From: Escherichia phage V18
Length of the DNA: 64,000 nt
Sequence record: NC_041937.1
Direction: 5' to 3' (one strand)
Of this stretch, positions 52,226-62,240 are shown piece by piece; the stretch's first letter is position 1; each line of letters opens with the position of its first letter. The position numbers and the translations under genes are program-made. Under the pieces are notes generated by a model. The model did not search any database, was not told the DNA's origin, and was given only the letters and a program-made list of their open reading frames with translations.

Positions 52226-55003
52226 TTAGTGACAATCACCCCAATTACGACCACACAAGTATTCACCTGTGATCTGGAACGGGACTCCCATCATTTTAGA
52301 AGCTTGCCAGAAGCAATGCACCACCATTTCACCCACAGGGCTCCAGATAAGCTCAAGCTTTCCGTCATCGTTCAGGATAGGATCGTACACCGTGTTTCCG
52401 TCTCTGTCAACCACTTCGTTTCCGTCCTCATCCTTGCGTGCCTTTTTGTACTTATGACCGTCGAACACATGAAGTTTGGCCTCCTGCTCTGCCTTAAATG
52501 CTTCCAGTTCTTCGATTGTGTCGAAGGTGTACACAGTCTTATACTTCGGTGTGTCAGGGACTTGAAGCTGATATTCGTCATGGTAATAGATAATACGACG
52601 AACACCTTCATCGTACCACCCACGCTTCACCATTTGGTGGTGCATGAGTATCCCAACTAAGTCACACAGCGATGCACCACCATTCTGTTGGTATGCATTA
52701 AGTAAAGAGTGTTTAGATCGGGTCCAGATAGCATGACCATCAAAAGAGTAGATAAACTTCTTACCCGTTGCTTCCCAGAATTTCTCCAGATCTTCTTTAC
52801 GCCCCTTAAGACCGGGGTTGGCATCCCAAAGTGCATCGATTACCCTTTGTCCCAACTCTGGAGAGATGTCCAGCATATCTGCAACTTTATCTTTTTGTGC
52901 CCCATACATAACCCCATACGTGATAGGTTTACCGTCGTTACGAGACACCTCTCTGCCTGCTACTTTTGTATATGCTTCAGCATTGTTTTGGTGTGCGTCC
53001 CCGTTACTTACAACATCATAATACAATCCGTTGTCGAACTCAAAGGCACCCCAAGCCCCGATAAGCTGCTCTAAGTTGGACCCGTCAATACCGATCTCAA
53101 AGTATCCTGGAGGAACACCCCACAGACTACGCATCTCTTTACCCATGACCACTTTAGGAGATGGTTTAGGCATGTTTGCACAAATACTGTGTTTCTGTCG
53201 GGAAGTGTTTGTTAACCCAGAGCTTTTAGCAGGAAGCTTATGGTCAATCTTCAAACGTGGATGATTAAGAAGACCAGTATCAACCTTATCCTCCTTGATT
53301 GGATCAAGTACCGATCTGCGGTTTCGCAATGATAACCACAAGACGATATCTTTAGCCATCTCTCCGTTCAATTTTTCAAGATTCGGGCATAGGTGTCCAA
53401 ACGTATCTTTCAGTTGCGGAGAAGTAATAAGTGCCCTAGCTTTTCTACGTATTTTCCCGAATACTTCCTTTTTAATCCTTTCGGAGTTAGGAAAGCTTCG
53501 GAACTTGTGCACGGTTGTCTGGAACTTAGCATCAGTTTTGTTCCAGAAGTTGATAATCAGGTCACAATACTCTGACTCTAAAAGCTCGTCCATATATGCA
53601 TATACTCGTGCATCAACATCTGCATCAGGTAGAGCTTTCTTCTTGCTGTCTTTAGTTACATCCTTAGTTCTCCACATTGTCGGAAGCCAACCAGCACTGA
53701 TCAGGTATCGCTTAATGTCGTCCTGGTTGCTGATTTTCATAGGTATCTTGCAGTCCGGCATTCGCTTCTGCTGTAGATCACTTATTGCCTGATCCATTAG
53801 CTCTTTAGGTAAAGGTTGTGGTGTGGAGGTGCCCTTAATATAGCCTCTCAAGAAATCAGCCATCTTATCGGGGTCTTTGCAGCCCATCTCTTCACACCAT
53901 TTTATCCCCATCTTACTGACATCTCCTGTAGAGGTAAATGCTCGCTTAGGCGGGGCTTTGAACTCTAAAGCGCTCATATCTACAGGATAGCCAAGCTTAT
54001 CTTTTAACCATTTCCAACCATTATTGGAGATTGTCCCATCTTGGTTAAACGGCTTTTCAGGGAACTTGGGCCGCTGAGACATTGACAGCTCTTTTAAAGG
54101 TAGTTGCGGTTCAACACGATCAGCGATTTCTTTCATCCACGCATCGCAACGGTCACGTAAAGCAATAGCTCCATCTATGTCAAAATACACACCCTGACGG
54201 GCCTGCAGCTCCATCAGGAAGTGCTGCAGCATGCCTCGGCGTAATGCGTTCTTCCAGGTGATCTTCTTGAACCCTTTCGGCTTCTCTTTGGCAGGATCGT
54301 ACATAAAGTTCTGCATGTCAGATTTGCCGTAGAATACACCTTTTGATTCCGCTACCAGCTCTTTCCAGAGCAGCTCCTGGATGATAACGTCCTCGAATAC
54401 ACGATCCACATACTTCCACAACGGAAGATCGCGCCAGTCATCAATTTGAACTTTCTGGTTACCAAGGGCGTAGCCCCATGCCATAAGGCCGTGAGGACCA
54501 ACAGGTTGCATTTTCTTAGTAACCGGGTTGAATACAGCGTCCGGACAACCTTTTGGTAAAGGGCGATCAGGCCACAAGATTCGGCTCATAGCCAACGTAT
54601 CAAACAGGTTAACCTGGTGGTCGTTGATAGTCCCCATGCATTTAGGATCACGGAACATATCAAAATGAATACCGGATAATCTTTCCATCAGCATAAAGTC
54701 ATAACTGTAGCAGTTATGGCAGTTCAAAGCTGTTGGTGACCAGTCGGAATTGCCTGTAAGCCAACCTTCCAACTCCGAAAAATCTGCTATGCGAACTTCA
54801 AAATCTTTATAAAGAGTTTTCTTTGCCAGAATAAAGTTCTTAGCCTTTTCTATATCCTCCTCGGAGTAGTGTGTGCGGCTATTTAGAGGAAGGAACAGCA
54901 TAAAACGGTTCTTATTCAGCTCTTTAAACAGACCGCAGTGATAATAAAGATCTGGGTCTTCCAGCAAACCGGATGACTCAAAATCGAACGACCACATACT
55001 CAT
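52226..55003 (-). CDS. DNA polymerase, family A, with N-terminal 3'-5' exonuclease domain
   Basis: 925 aa; N-terminal FDFESSGL (Exo I); polymerase motif B …KPITYGVMYGAQ and motif C YYHDEYQLQV. Confidence 0.85.
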   Translation of the reverse strand: MSMWSFDFESSGLLEDPDLYYHCGLFKELNKNRFMLFLPLNSRTHYSEEDIEKAKNFILAKKTLYKDFEVRIADFSELEGWLTGNSDWSPTALNCHNCYSYDFMLMERLSGIHFDMFRDPKCMGTINDHQVNLFDTLAMSRILWPDRPLPKGCPDAVFNPVTKKMQPVGPHGLMAWGYALGNQKVQIDDWRDLPLWKYVDRVFEDVIIQELLWKELVAESKGVFYGKSDMQNFMYDPAKEKPKGFKKITWKNALRRGMLQHFLMELQARQGVYFDIDGAIALRDRCDAWMKEIADRVEPQLPLKELSMSQRPKFPEKPFNQDGTISNNGWKWLKDKLGYPVDMSALEFKAPPKRAFTSTGDVSKMGIKWCEEMGCKDPDKMADFLRGYIKGTSTPQPLPKELMDQAISDLQQKRMPDCKIPMKISNQDDIKRYLISAGWLPTMWRTKDVTKDSKKKALPDADVDARVYAYMDELLESEYCDLIINFWNKTDAKFQTTVHKFRSFPNSERIKKEVFGKIRRKARALITSPQLKDTFGHLCPNLEKLNGEMAKDIVLWLSLRNRRSVLDPIKEDKVDTGLLNHPRLKIDHKLPAKSSGLTNTSRQKHSICANMPKPSPKVVMGKEMRSLWGVPPGYFEIGIDGSNLEQLIGAWGAFEFDNGLYYDVVSNGDAHQNNAEAYTKVAGREVSRNDGKPITYGVMYGAQKDKVADMLDISPELGQRVIDALWDANPGLKGRKEDLEKFWEATGKKFIYSFDGHAIWTRSKHSLLNAYQQNGGASLCDLVGILMHHQMVKRGWYDEGVRRIIYYHDEYQLQVPDTPKYKTVYTFDTIEELEAFKAEQEAKLHVFDGHKYKKARKDEDGNEVVDRDGNTVYDPILNDDGKLELIWSPVGEMVVHCFWQASKMMGVPFQITGEYLCGRNWGDCH

Positions 55004-55061
55004 ATACAGTTCTCCTTAAAGGGGAGGCGGTTGTACTACCCCTCCCACTCTTTGTTAAACA

Positions 55062-57055
55062 TTAAAAAGGCGTTTCATCATCCTCAAAACCAGGGACCGG
55101 GTCAGAGGATGGATCATCGTACTGGAGGTCTTCCTGCGTGTCAACAGGCTTAACAGTAGGAGTTACAACCTTATCAGCCACAACCTTGCCCATAGGTGTT
55201 TCTACAACTGCATGCTCCTGATCCTCAAACATAGCCTGAGGTCTCCAAACAACCTCCCCGCCTTCTCCGTCTGTAAACATTTGCATTTCTTTGTCCCAGT
55301 ACCAATTACTGGCATCATGGAACTTACCTGTGTGCGGGTCCATAACCAAAGTGTCAGCAATACCTAGAGTTTTTGCTGGACGGTTTTTAAGACCTACCAG
55401 ACGGACACGTCCACGAGAACGATCCACCATTTCTTCGGCCTCGACACCTATGACTACCCAACTCAACTGTTCAAGCCCAGCCGATCCTCGCAAATTCTCT
55501 TTTCGCACAGGATACCAGAAAGGTAACGGGTTACCATCCTTGTCCTTAGGAGGCACAATCTCTGTACGTTTGAGGTGAGCGATCACCAAGATAAACACAT
55601 TAAACTGCTTACAAAACGCAGCCAGTTGGGTCATAGCCATGTCCAGTTCTTTTCGCTCATCCTTAACATTAAGCCCTGAAATTACCATGGACAGGTGATC
55701 CAGCACAATATAACGACAATGGTACAGGCAAACCATTTGCTTAAGCTTGGTAATCAACTCGTCCACCGGAATAGACCCGAAATGTTTGAACACTTTGATT
55801 TTTCCAGCTTTTGCCCATGATTGGTGAATCTCTGCGTGTTCTTGATCAGTTAAAAACTGGCTAGGATCTTCAACAAACTCTTTAACATCAAACCCTAACT
55901 GGTTTGCATACAAGGAGTTAATTGCTTCCTCTGGGTCCTCCTCAAGATGGATCATGCATAGACGATCATCCTCTTCATAGTCATCAGCCTTCGGGCATGT
56001 CGGGTCCATTAGGTATCTTGCAATACAGTGTTCCAGTTTTTTAGCCACGGTTGTTTTACCGCCCCCTGATGGCCCTGTAAGCATTACGAGTGTCCCTTTG
56101 TGCAAGCCTTTTAGCATTTTTTGCAGTTTTGGGAACTCTGCGCTGATATCTACCCCGTTGGAAGTCTTTTTCCGCAAAGACTCGATAGAGAAGTCTTCTA
56201 AATCCGACACAGCATCAGGCACATATTTAACAGGATGCCGGAACATGTTGACAATATCTTCCAGCTTTTTAGCCTTCAGCATGTCACGGATATCTTTTAC
56301 ACCGTCAGGATCGTTTACCTCACCGGGGTATTCTACGTGGTAAACGTTATCAGCCATCAAAAATGCTGCAATATTGTGCGTGGCCTCGACACCTTTAATG
56401 ACGTGTTTTTGCTTCTCTACCTCGTTAGCTGCATCGTTATCCATTGCCAGCACAACTGTTCCATAGCTACGGATAAACTTCTCATTGTTTGCAAAAGTAT
56501 CTACTGCGTTTGCACATCCACAGTTAATTCCAACAAAAGGTAGGCAAGGTTTTCCTGCCAGATCACCACCGTTGATAACTGCGTCGATCCCGTCCTGGAC
56601 CTCTTTAGCCCACTGCTTCACCTTTGCCGGGGCTTTAGCGTTGGTGAGAATCCCTTTTACTTGTATCTGATATGCAGCCTGCCATGCTGCAATAACATCA
56701 CCTTCTCCCTCACAAACGTTAATCTGCTTACGGTTGTTGGAAGATGCACACAGCTTTTGACCAAACATCTGGGAGTTGGCCTTTACTATGCTACTACAGA
56801 CCAGTGCCCTTTCTGCTCTTTCGGCTTAGACCAGTCACGCTTTTTGAAACCAGACAGATTTCCGTAGCGGTCGTAATATGGGAAATATGTTGCAGTGACT
56901 GTCACACCGTCTTCTTGGGACAATGCTGATCGCACACCAAAATATTGTGCAGCCATCAGACCGATATTTTGTTGTGGGACAGGGACAATTTTAGTATTTT
57001 CTAAAACAGTCTCTACAGTTTCAACCTCTTTTTCATCACGATAGTCTCGTTTCAT
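55062..57055 (-). CDS. primase-helicase (TOPRIM primase domain + DnaB-family helicase), N-terminal part in a different frame
   Basis: ORF 55062..56768: TOPRIM EGEGD and LAMDNDAAN; Walker A LTGPSGGGKTT; Walker B-like FILVIAHL. A separate 89-aa ORF 56786..57055 immediately upstream ends 18 nt before it in another frame; I did not identify a primase motif in it, so the join is positional. Confidence 0.65.
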
Positions 57056-57128
57056 ACTACCCCCACTTTTGTATCTTGTTGCAACTGGGTTAGGTTCTCC
57101 ATAGCGGCTATATGCAGAGGATATAAAC

Positions 57129-57914
57129 TTATTCCCCTCTCCTTACTACAGGCTCGTTTGCTAAGAATACAGCTTTTGCCCAGCCACGTGGTGTGAGGCT
57201 TCGAATCATCTTCGTTCTTGCACTCTTTCCACCAAGCTTGGCGTGTTGCATGGAATACCCGCTAACCACGTCAACTATTTGCGGGACAGGTTTTGTGTCC
57301 GGGATTATAAATCCATTACCTATCCAGCCGCAAGTTATTTTTGGATAGGCATCACGTGGAGCTATAAATTCAGGAAACCATGGGTTTACATCATCCTCAG
57401 GTAAATACCCGCCATAGTCAGAAGGATGAAAACGGTAATCAGGTTTGCGCCACAGTGTGGACATAACACCAACAGGATTCTCTACATGCCACGGGCAATC
57501 GTAAATCTCTCCCAGCTCTTCCGCAACCCGAGCATCCTTTACAGCATTAATTTGGATCATGGGGTCCTTAGCCAGCTTTTTCTTAAAATGTGCAGCACCC
57601 GATACCGCTAAATGCGTGCACGGAGGAAATGCAAGAATAAAGTCTGGAGCTGGATACATGCAAAAAGTTTCCTGAGGGAACCACGGGTCAATCCAATAGT
57701 CAACATAGTGAATGTTGGGATGATCGGTTATCACCTCTGCATAACTGCCGTGATCAGCACCTTCTGCGTTAAAGCACAGGCACAGATATCCAGCTTTTGC
57801 CCAGTCAATGACTGCACCACCAGACCCGTCAAATAGACTCCACACAACACCTTTGTGGTAGTGTTCTTTGTAGATAAATTTCAATTTGCTGTCTCCTAAT
57901 GCAAAAAGCCCCAC
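57129..57914 (-). CDS. C5-cytosine DNA methyltransferase-like protein
   Basis: 261 aa; LFDGSGG (motif I F.G.GG), FPPCTH (motif IV PC), HVENPVG (motif VI ENV); shorter than typical Dcm-type enzymes. Confidence 0.35.
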   Translation of the reverse strand: MGLFALGDSKLKFIYKEHYHKGVVWSLFDGSGGAVIDWAKAGYLCLCFNAEGADHGSYAEVITDHPNIHYVDYWIDPWFPQETFCMYPAPDFILAFPPCTHLAVSGAAHFKKKLAKDPMIQINAVKDARVAEELGEIYDCPWHVENPVGVMSTLWRKPDYRFHPSDYGGYLPEDDVNPWFPEFIAPRDAYPKITCGWIGNGFIIPDTKPVPQIVDVVSGYSMQHAKLGGKSARTKMIRSLTPRGWAKAVFLANEPVVRRGE

Positions 57915-57930
57915 CCTTTCGGGCAGGGCC
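57902..57930 (-). terminator. rho-independent terminator (minus strand), identical to 47228-47249
   Basis: GCCCCACCCTTTCGGGCAGGGC at 57908-57929 followed by a U-run on the minus strand. Confidence 0.45.
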
Positions 57931-57935
57931 TAGTG

Positions 57936-58418
57936 TTAAACCCGGATACCTATTGTATACTCGGTGGATACCAATGTCAAATCTAAATTTAAAATTTCTT
58001 GCATCTCATAATATGCGTCCAGGGTGAGATACATTTCCCCATCCTTTTCTACATACTTGTCCAAGTGCTTGAGGCATTTCGGATAACTATCAAGTGCAGC
58101 TTTCAGACACTCAAATTCTGTGCTGTTGATGAATCCTTCCATCTTAGCTACCCGTTCTGGAGTAACGATAGCACTGTAGTGAGATTTAGCTTCCTGAATG
58201 CAATGGGTCCAAGCATCAACTTTCTCTTCAAAAAGTCCGAAGAACTTCTTTTTGGTGAGCTTCAGATTCTTTAAGTGCTTAAGCACTCGGTTGCCGATCA
58301 CAGCTACATCACGAAACTTAAGGATCACTTTGTCGATATCCTCGCGGCCTATTTTCACAAAGCAAGCCTCGCACATTTCAGGAGTGGCATAGCCTACTTT
58401 CCACATAAAATCTGACAT
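57936..58418 (-). CDS. hypothetical protein
   Basis: 160-aa ORF between two methyltransferase-like genes. Confidence 0.35.
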   Translation of the reverse strand: MSDFMWKVGYATPEMCEACFVKIGREDIDKVILKFRDVAVIGNRVLKHLKNLKLTKKKFFGLFEEKVDAWTHCIQEAKSHYSAIVTPERVAKMEGFINSTEFECLKAALDSYPKCLKHLDKYVEKDGEMYLTLDAYYEMQEILNLDLTLVSTEYTIGIRV

Positions 58419-58430
58419 AGCACTCTCTCC

Positions 58431-58826
58431 TTATTCCTGAAAAGCAACGATATCATATGAACTTGCAGATGATCCTGGTGAAGAATGACTCCAGTCTAGG
58501 TCATCAGAGTAGTCAGCGTACTGTGCACCACTACGTAGTTTGTATTTTACCCACTTACCTGGTGCAGGGTTTTCACCACCTTCCCATACTTCCCAGCCTT
58601 CTGGCAGGCCGTCCTGGGGGTAGTCATCCACCTCACTAATAATCTTAGGGTTTGGCACCAAGATCCCCGCAGGCTCTTCCTTCCGGATAAGTGTCCACAC
58701 AGCGCAGGTGTCTGAGCAGGCGCATGATAGCAAAGTATATCCACTATTCAGAACTTCTGCAAGCTCTTTTTCAGCATCTTCTAATTTGGTTAAGTGGTAT
58801 TGGATAATCTTCACACCTGTAATCAT
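58431..58826 (-). CDS. hypothetical protein
   Basis: 131-aa ORF. Confidence 0.35.
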   Translation of the reverse strand: MITGVKIIQYHLTKLEDAEKELAEVLNSGYTLLSCACSDTCAVWTLIRKEEPAGILVPNPKIISEVDDYPQDGLPEGWEVWEGGENPAPGKWVKYKLRSGAQYADYSDDLDWSHSSPGSSASSYDIVAFQE

Positions 58827-59170
58827 CAGAAACCTCCCACTTCTTCAGCAAATGCAGCTGCTGTCGTCGCTGCATCCAGATAGGACTCTAGTTCACGGGA
58901 TGCACGTTTGTAAATTGAGTGGCGCATATCGTTTGGCAGTTGGTGGAAGTCCACCTCTTCACCGTTGTGGTAAACATGCACATCGGTAATTTGTCTAAAT
59001 CCGTAATAGTCAACATCAGAATCACGGCACTCTGGGTCTGGCAACTGGACAACTGCCTGAGCTTCCACAGTGAACATATCGTCAAGTTCGAAATCGATTT
59101 CAAAAGTGTATGGTTTATAACGTTTCATCATTTGATTGTGCTCTTTATTGATCAGACTTATCTTTCGCAA
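58826..59170 (-). CDS. hypothetical protein
   Basis: 114-aa ORF. Confidence 0.35.
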   Translation of the reverse strand: MRKISLINKEHNQMMKRYKPYTFEIDFELDDMFTVEAQAVVQLPDPECRDSDVDYYGFRQITDVHVYHNGEEVDFHQLPNDMRHSIYKRASRELESYLDAATTAAAFAEEVGGF

Positions 59171-60470
59171 TTAAGGTCGGGGTAAGTTTGTAATAACGGA
59201 AGCCACCACCACCTTTCCAGTTTACAGACTTAGAAATACCACCTTGATCTTCGCCATCGATCACTTTTTCCAAGCGCGGAATAATATGGGTATGACAATG
59301 ATCACCTAGCTCGATTGAGATCCAACGTCTTTTCATCTTGTGAGCTACAGCAGCAGTAGTTCCCGAACCACCGAATGAATCCAATACCAAATCGCCTTCT
59401 CGCGTACACATTTCTAAAATCCGCTTCAAAAGAGCTTCTGGTTTTTTCCCATTTTTGAAACTGACGCCGCCTTCATTTGCTATTCCATTCCAACTAATGT
59501 CTGTCCAAACATCAGTTATTAGTTCCGCAGGTTGCATCTCACCGTCAATTTCCAAAAGTCTATTGGAGTAAAAGACCATTTGCCTACCATTTGCGATATA
59601 AAATCCTTCAACATCCTCATTTGGATGTACATAAACCTTATCCCTATCTTTCTTTGACTTCTCGATAGTTTCTTTTCTCTTTATTTTAGCACCACCACCA
59701 ATTGCAACAGATTGAAATACACGTTCTGCATTATCAGTTGCGAATTGTGCTAATTCATCATCGAATGTATCAGGCAGTTTTTTCTTGGCTTCTTTTGCAT
59801 CTTTATAACCATTGGCCTTTGCAAACGCATCGGCAATACCGCACCACGTCCAATTTTTATAATGGTCATCCGGGTTTAATAGGTATTTGTTATATCCTGT
59901 ATCATACCCTTTAGGTATATAGATTTTGTTAAGCGGTTTCTGGGTGCGATCTTTTGCATATACAAGCAAAAAGTTTGCTGTGGAGAAAACTGTGGCTCCT
60001 GTTGCCTTAAATCCCGAAGGGGAATTTGTGGTCATCGATATGGTATTTAACTGATTTGCACGACCAAAAATCTCGTCCATCAAAACTTTTAAATACGCCA
60101 TTTCGCAATCATCTAAGTGAACGAATATTACCCCATCATCACTTAGAAGATTACGAATTATTTCTAACCTATCCCTCATTAAGCCCAGCCAAATGGAATG
60201 CTCCAGGCTATCATCGTAGTGCTCAAAAGCCCTTCCGGTATTGAATGGTGGGTCTATGTAAACACACTTCACTTTGCCTGCATACTCTTGCTCTAGCGCC
60301 TTCAATGCTAATAAGTTATCTCCAAAAATCAGTTTATTATCAAAAATATCGTTTTCGGTCACTTTCTGGCTGTGGTAAGACTTGCTAGAATCCTCTAACA
60401 AAATGTGCGGCTCTAACTTTTTGCGCTCGTTTTTACCTATCCAGGTAAGTTCTAATTTGGTTTTGCTCAT
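59145..60470 (-). CDS. DNA methyltransferase, beta-class N6-adenine/N4-cytosine type
   Basis: 441 aa; catalytic VYIDPPFNTG upstream of the AdoMet motif VLDSFGGSGTTAAVA (beta-class order). Confidence 0.7.
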   Translation of the reverse strand: MSKTKLELTWIGKNERKKLEPHILLEDSSKSYHSQKVTENDIFDNKLIFGDNLLALKALEQEYAGKVKCVYIDPPFNTGRAFEHYDDSLEHSIWLGLMRDRLEIIRNLLSDDGVIFVHLDDCEMAYLKVLMDEIFGRANQLNTISMTTNSPSGFKATGATVFSTANFLLVYAKDRTQKPLNKIYIPKGYDTGYNKYLLNPDDHYKNWTWCGIADAFAKANGYKDAKEAKKKLPDTFDDELAQFATDNAERVFQSVAIGGGAKIKRKETIEKSKKDRDKVYVHPNEDVEGFYIANGRQMVFYSNRLLEIDGEMQPAELITDVWTDISWNGIANEGGVSFKNGKKPEALLKRILEMCTREGDLVLDSFGGSGTTAAVAHKMKRRWISIELGDHCHTHIIPRLEKVIDGEDQGGISKSVNWKGGGGFRYYKLTPTLIAKDKSDQ

Positions 60471-60531
60471 CGTTTGGTGCTCTCCTTAGTTTTTGTGGGG
60501 AGGAGTGCCTCCCCTTTATACTCACATCTTA

Positions 60532-60873
60532 CTACTCAAGGTCTTCAGAGTCAAGCTCAAAAAGAATCAAACTGTGCATGCCTGCAGAGAGATTAACACA
60601 CCCTGCAACAATAAGGGTTTGATAGTAAGGTTCAGCACCCTCAATGTCTTCGTTAAAATCCACAACAAGGTAGTCACCTTTGTTAAAGGTGTATTTGTCC
60701 GATGTAAACGCAAAACCTGCCCAGTCCCCTACTGCAGGATCTTTATCAGTCACCTTTGTTAGCAGTAGATCTTTTTCACGAGATCTTTTAGTAAAATCGT
60801 GAATCACAACATCCTTCTCTTCAGGAGTCGGATTGCCACACACGTAGTTAACGATATTTCTCCACAAACTCAT
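60532..60873 (-). CDS. hypothetical protein
   Basis: 113-aa ORF. Confidence 0.35.
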   Translation of the reverse strand: MSLWRNIVNYVCGNPTPEEKDVVIHDFTKRSREKDLLLTKVTDKDPAVGDWAGFAFTSDKYTFNKGDYLVVDFNEDIEGAEPYYQTLIVAGCVNLSAGMHSLILFELDSEDLE

Positions 60874-62240
60874 ACGTCCCCCTCTTCTGCTCTGGTTTCA
60901 AAATCTTTCCTGACAATTTTGTCTAAGTCAGGGAATGTTGTATTGTAAAACTCTACGACTCGCGGGTCAACAATAATGTCAACTTCTCTTAGCGGACGCA
61001 ACAAGTTTATTCCTTGTATTGTCTTAACTCTACTCAAAGCGACATACGTCATCCCAGGAGAGAAAGCTCCGTTCTTTCCAAGGTCTAGGTTGTAACAATC
61101 TAGCGTAAGTCCTTGACTTTTATGAGATGTTACGGCGTACCCAGATTTCAGAGGAAGTTGCTTGTATGACCCAATCACTACCCTCTCTATAAACTTCTCC
61201 ATCTTCCTTTCTGCAATGTTGTATCTCTGAGATGGCTTATACTCGTTATTCTCCCACAACCTCTGCTCTATGTCAACCTGTGTTCCATCTTCAAGCTCTA
61301 CCACCACCGCCTTGTTCTTAAATTTAACAATCGTGGCACGTGTTCCGTTAACATAATAAGGTACTTTGTGCGTCGGGTCAACATCGTTGGCGGTTATCAT
61401 AACTTTCATGCCAATTTTCAACTTCATCTCCTGCTCAACTGGCAGGGTGGAGGGAAACTTACCCTTCATTTCACCAGTGTATACCTTCTCTGGGGCGTTG
61501 ATGGCATCATAGAACCTTCTGTTCACTTCCTCTGCTTGTTTGTTGGTGGCGCAAATTGTGAGAGCATCTGTTGGTACACCACCTTTGTAACAGCGAGCAT
61601 TAAGTTCTGCTACAACCTCTTTTATGCGACGACCCTCACGAACACAGTTGAGCATTGTGGCAAATCGAATAGACTCCTGTCGGAACTGATCTATTAGGGC
61701 TATGTTGTGGAGGTCAAGCTCTTTCCAAGATTCGGTATAGCAACACAGGTCCGTATGGTAGAAGTTGAAATAGGCTTCCTTCTCCATAGAAGAGACAACA
61801 GGAGGTGCCTGGTAAAAATCGCCAAACAATATGACCTGTATGCCTCCGAAAGGTTTGTCATTTTTTCGAAGGAAGCGGAGTTTCCTATCCATCTCTATAA
61901 ACTTATCAGCGCGGATCATAGAGATTTCATCGATAATTAGGATGGTAAATGCCTTGCTTTTCAAAGGCTTTGCTGTTTTTGCCCTTATTGCGGTCCAGTC
62001 TGACTCCATGCTCACACCTGCTGCAAGATCGAAGGTTCGGTGTGCTGTTGCTCCATTAACGTTTAAAGCGGCTACCCCTGTCGGGGCAACCGTTATGCAA
62101 GAGTCTCCATACATTGACTGGATCATGTTGATGAGATACGTCTTCCCACAACCTGCAGGCCCTGAAACGAAGACATTCTCACCACTCATGATTGCAACGA
62201 GGGCAGCATCTGTGCCTACATCATACTGCCCTTTTTCCAT
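60870..62240 (-). CDS. superfamily 1 DNA helicase, Dda/RecD/Pif1-like
   Basis: 456 aa; Walker A VSGPAGCGKTYL, Walker B ILIIDEISM, further SF1 motifs (VILFGDFYQ, GYAVTSHKSQGLTL, VALSRV). Confidence 0.7.
   Translation of the reverse strand: MEKGQYDVGTDAALVAIMSGENVFVSGPAGCGKTYLINMIQSMYGDSCITVAPTGVAALNVNGATAHRTFDLAAGVSMESDWTAIRAKTAKPLKSKAFTILIIDEISMIRADKFIEMDRKLRFLRKNDKPFGGIQVILFGDFYQAPPVVSSMEKEAYFNFYHTDLCCYTESWKELDLHNIALIDQFRQESIRFATMLNCVREGRRIKEVVAELNARCYKGGVPTDALTICATNKQAEEVNRRFYDAINAPEKVYTGEMKGKFPSTLPVEQEMKLKIGMKVMITANDVDPTHKVPYYVNGTRATIVKFKNKAVVVELEDGTQVDIEQRLWENNEYKPSQRYNIAERKMEKFIERVVIGSYKQLPLKSGYAVTSHKSQGLTLDCYNLDLGKNGAFSPGMTYVALSRVKTIQGINLLRPLREVDIIVDPRVVEFYNTTFPDLDKIVRKDFETRAEEGDV

Noticed and set aside
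2104-53792. Opposite-strand ORFs inside long conserved genes (for example 2104..2376, 11527..11748, 11881..12141, 52229..52660, 53295..53792, 56098..56543)
   Set aside because: They are embedded antisense or out of frame within genes with strong protein-family motifs and are best explained as chance ORFs.
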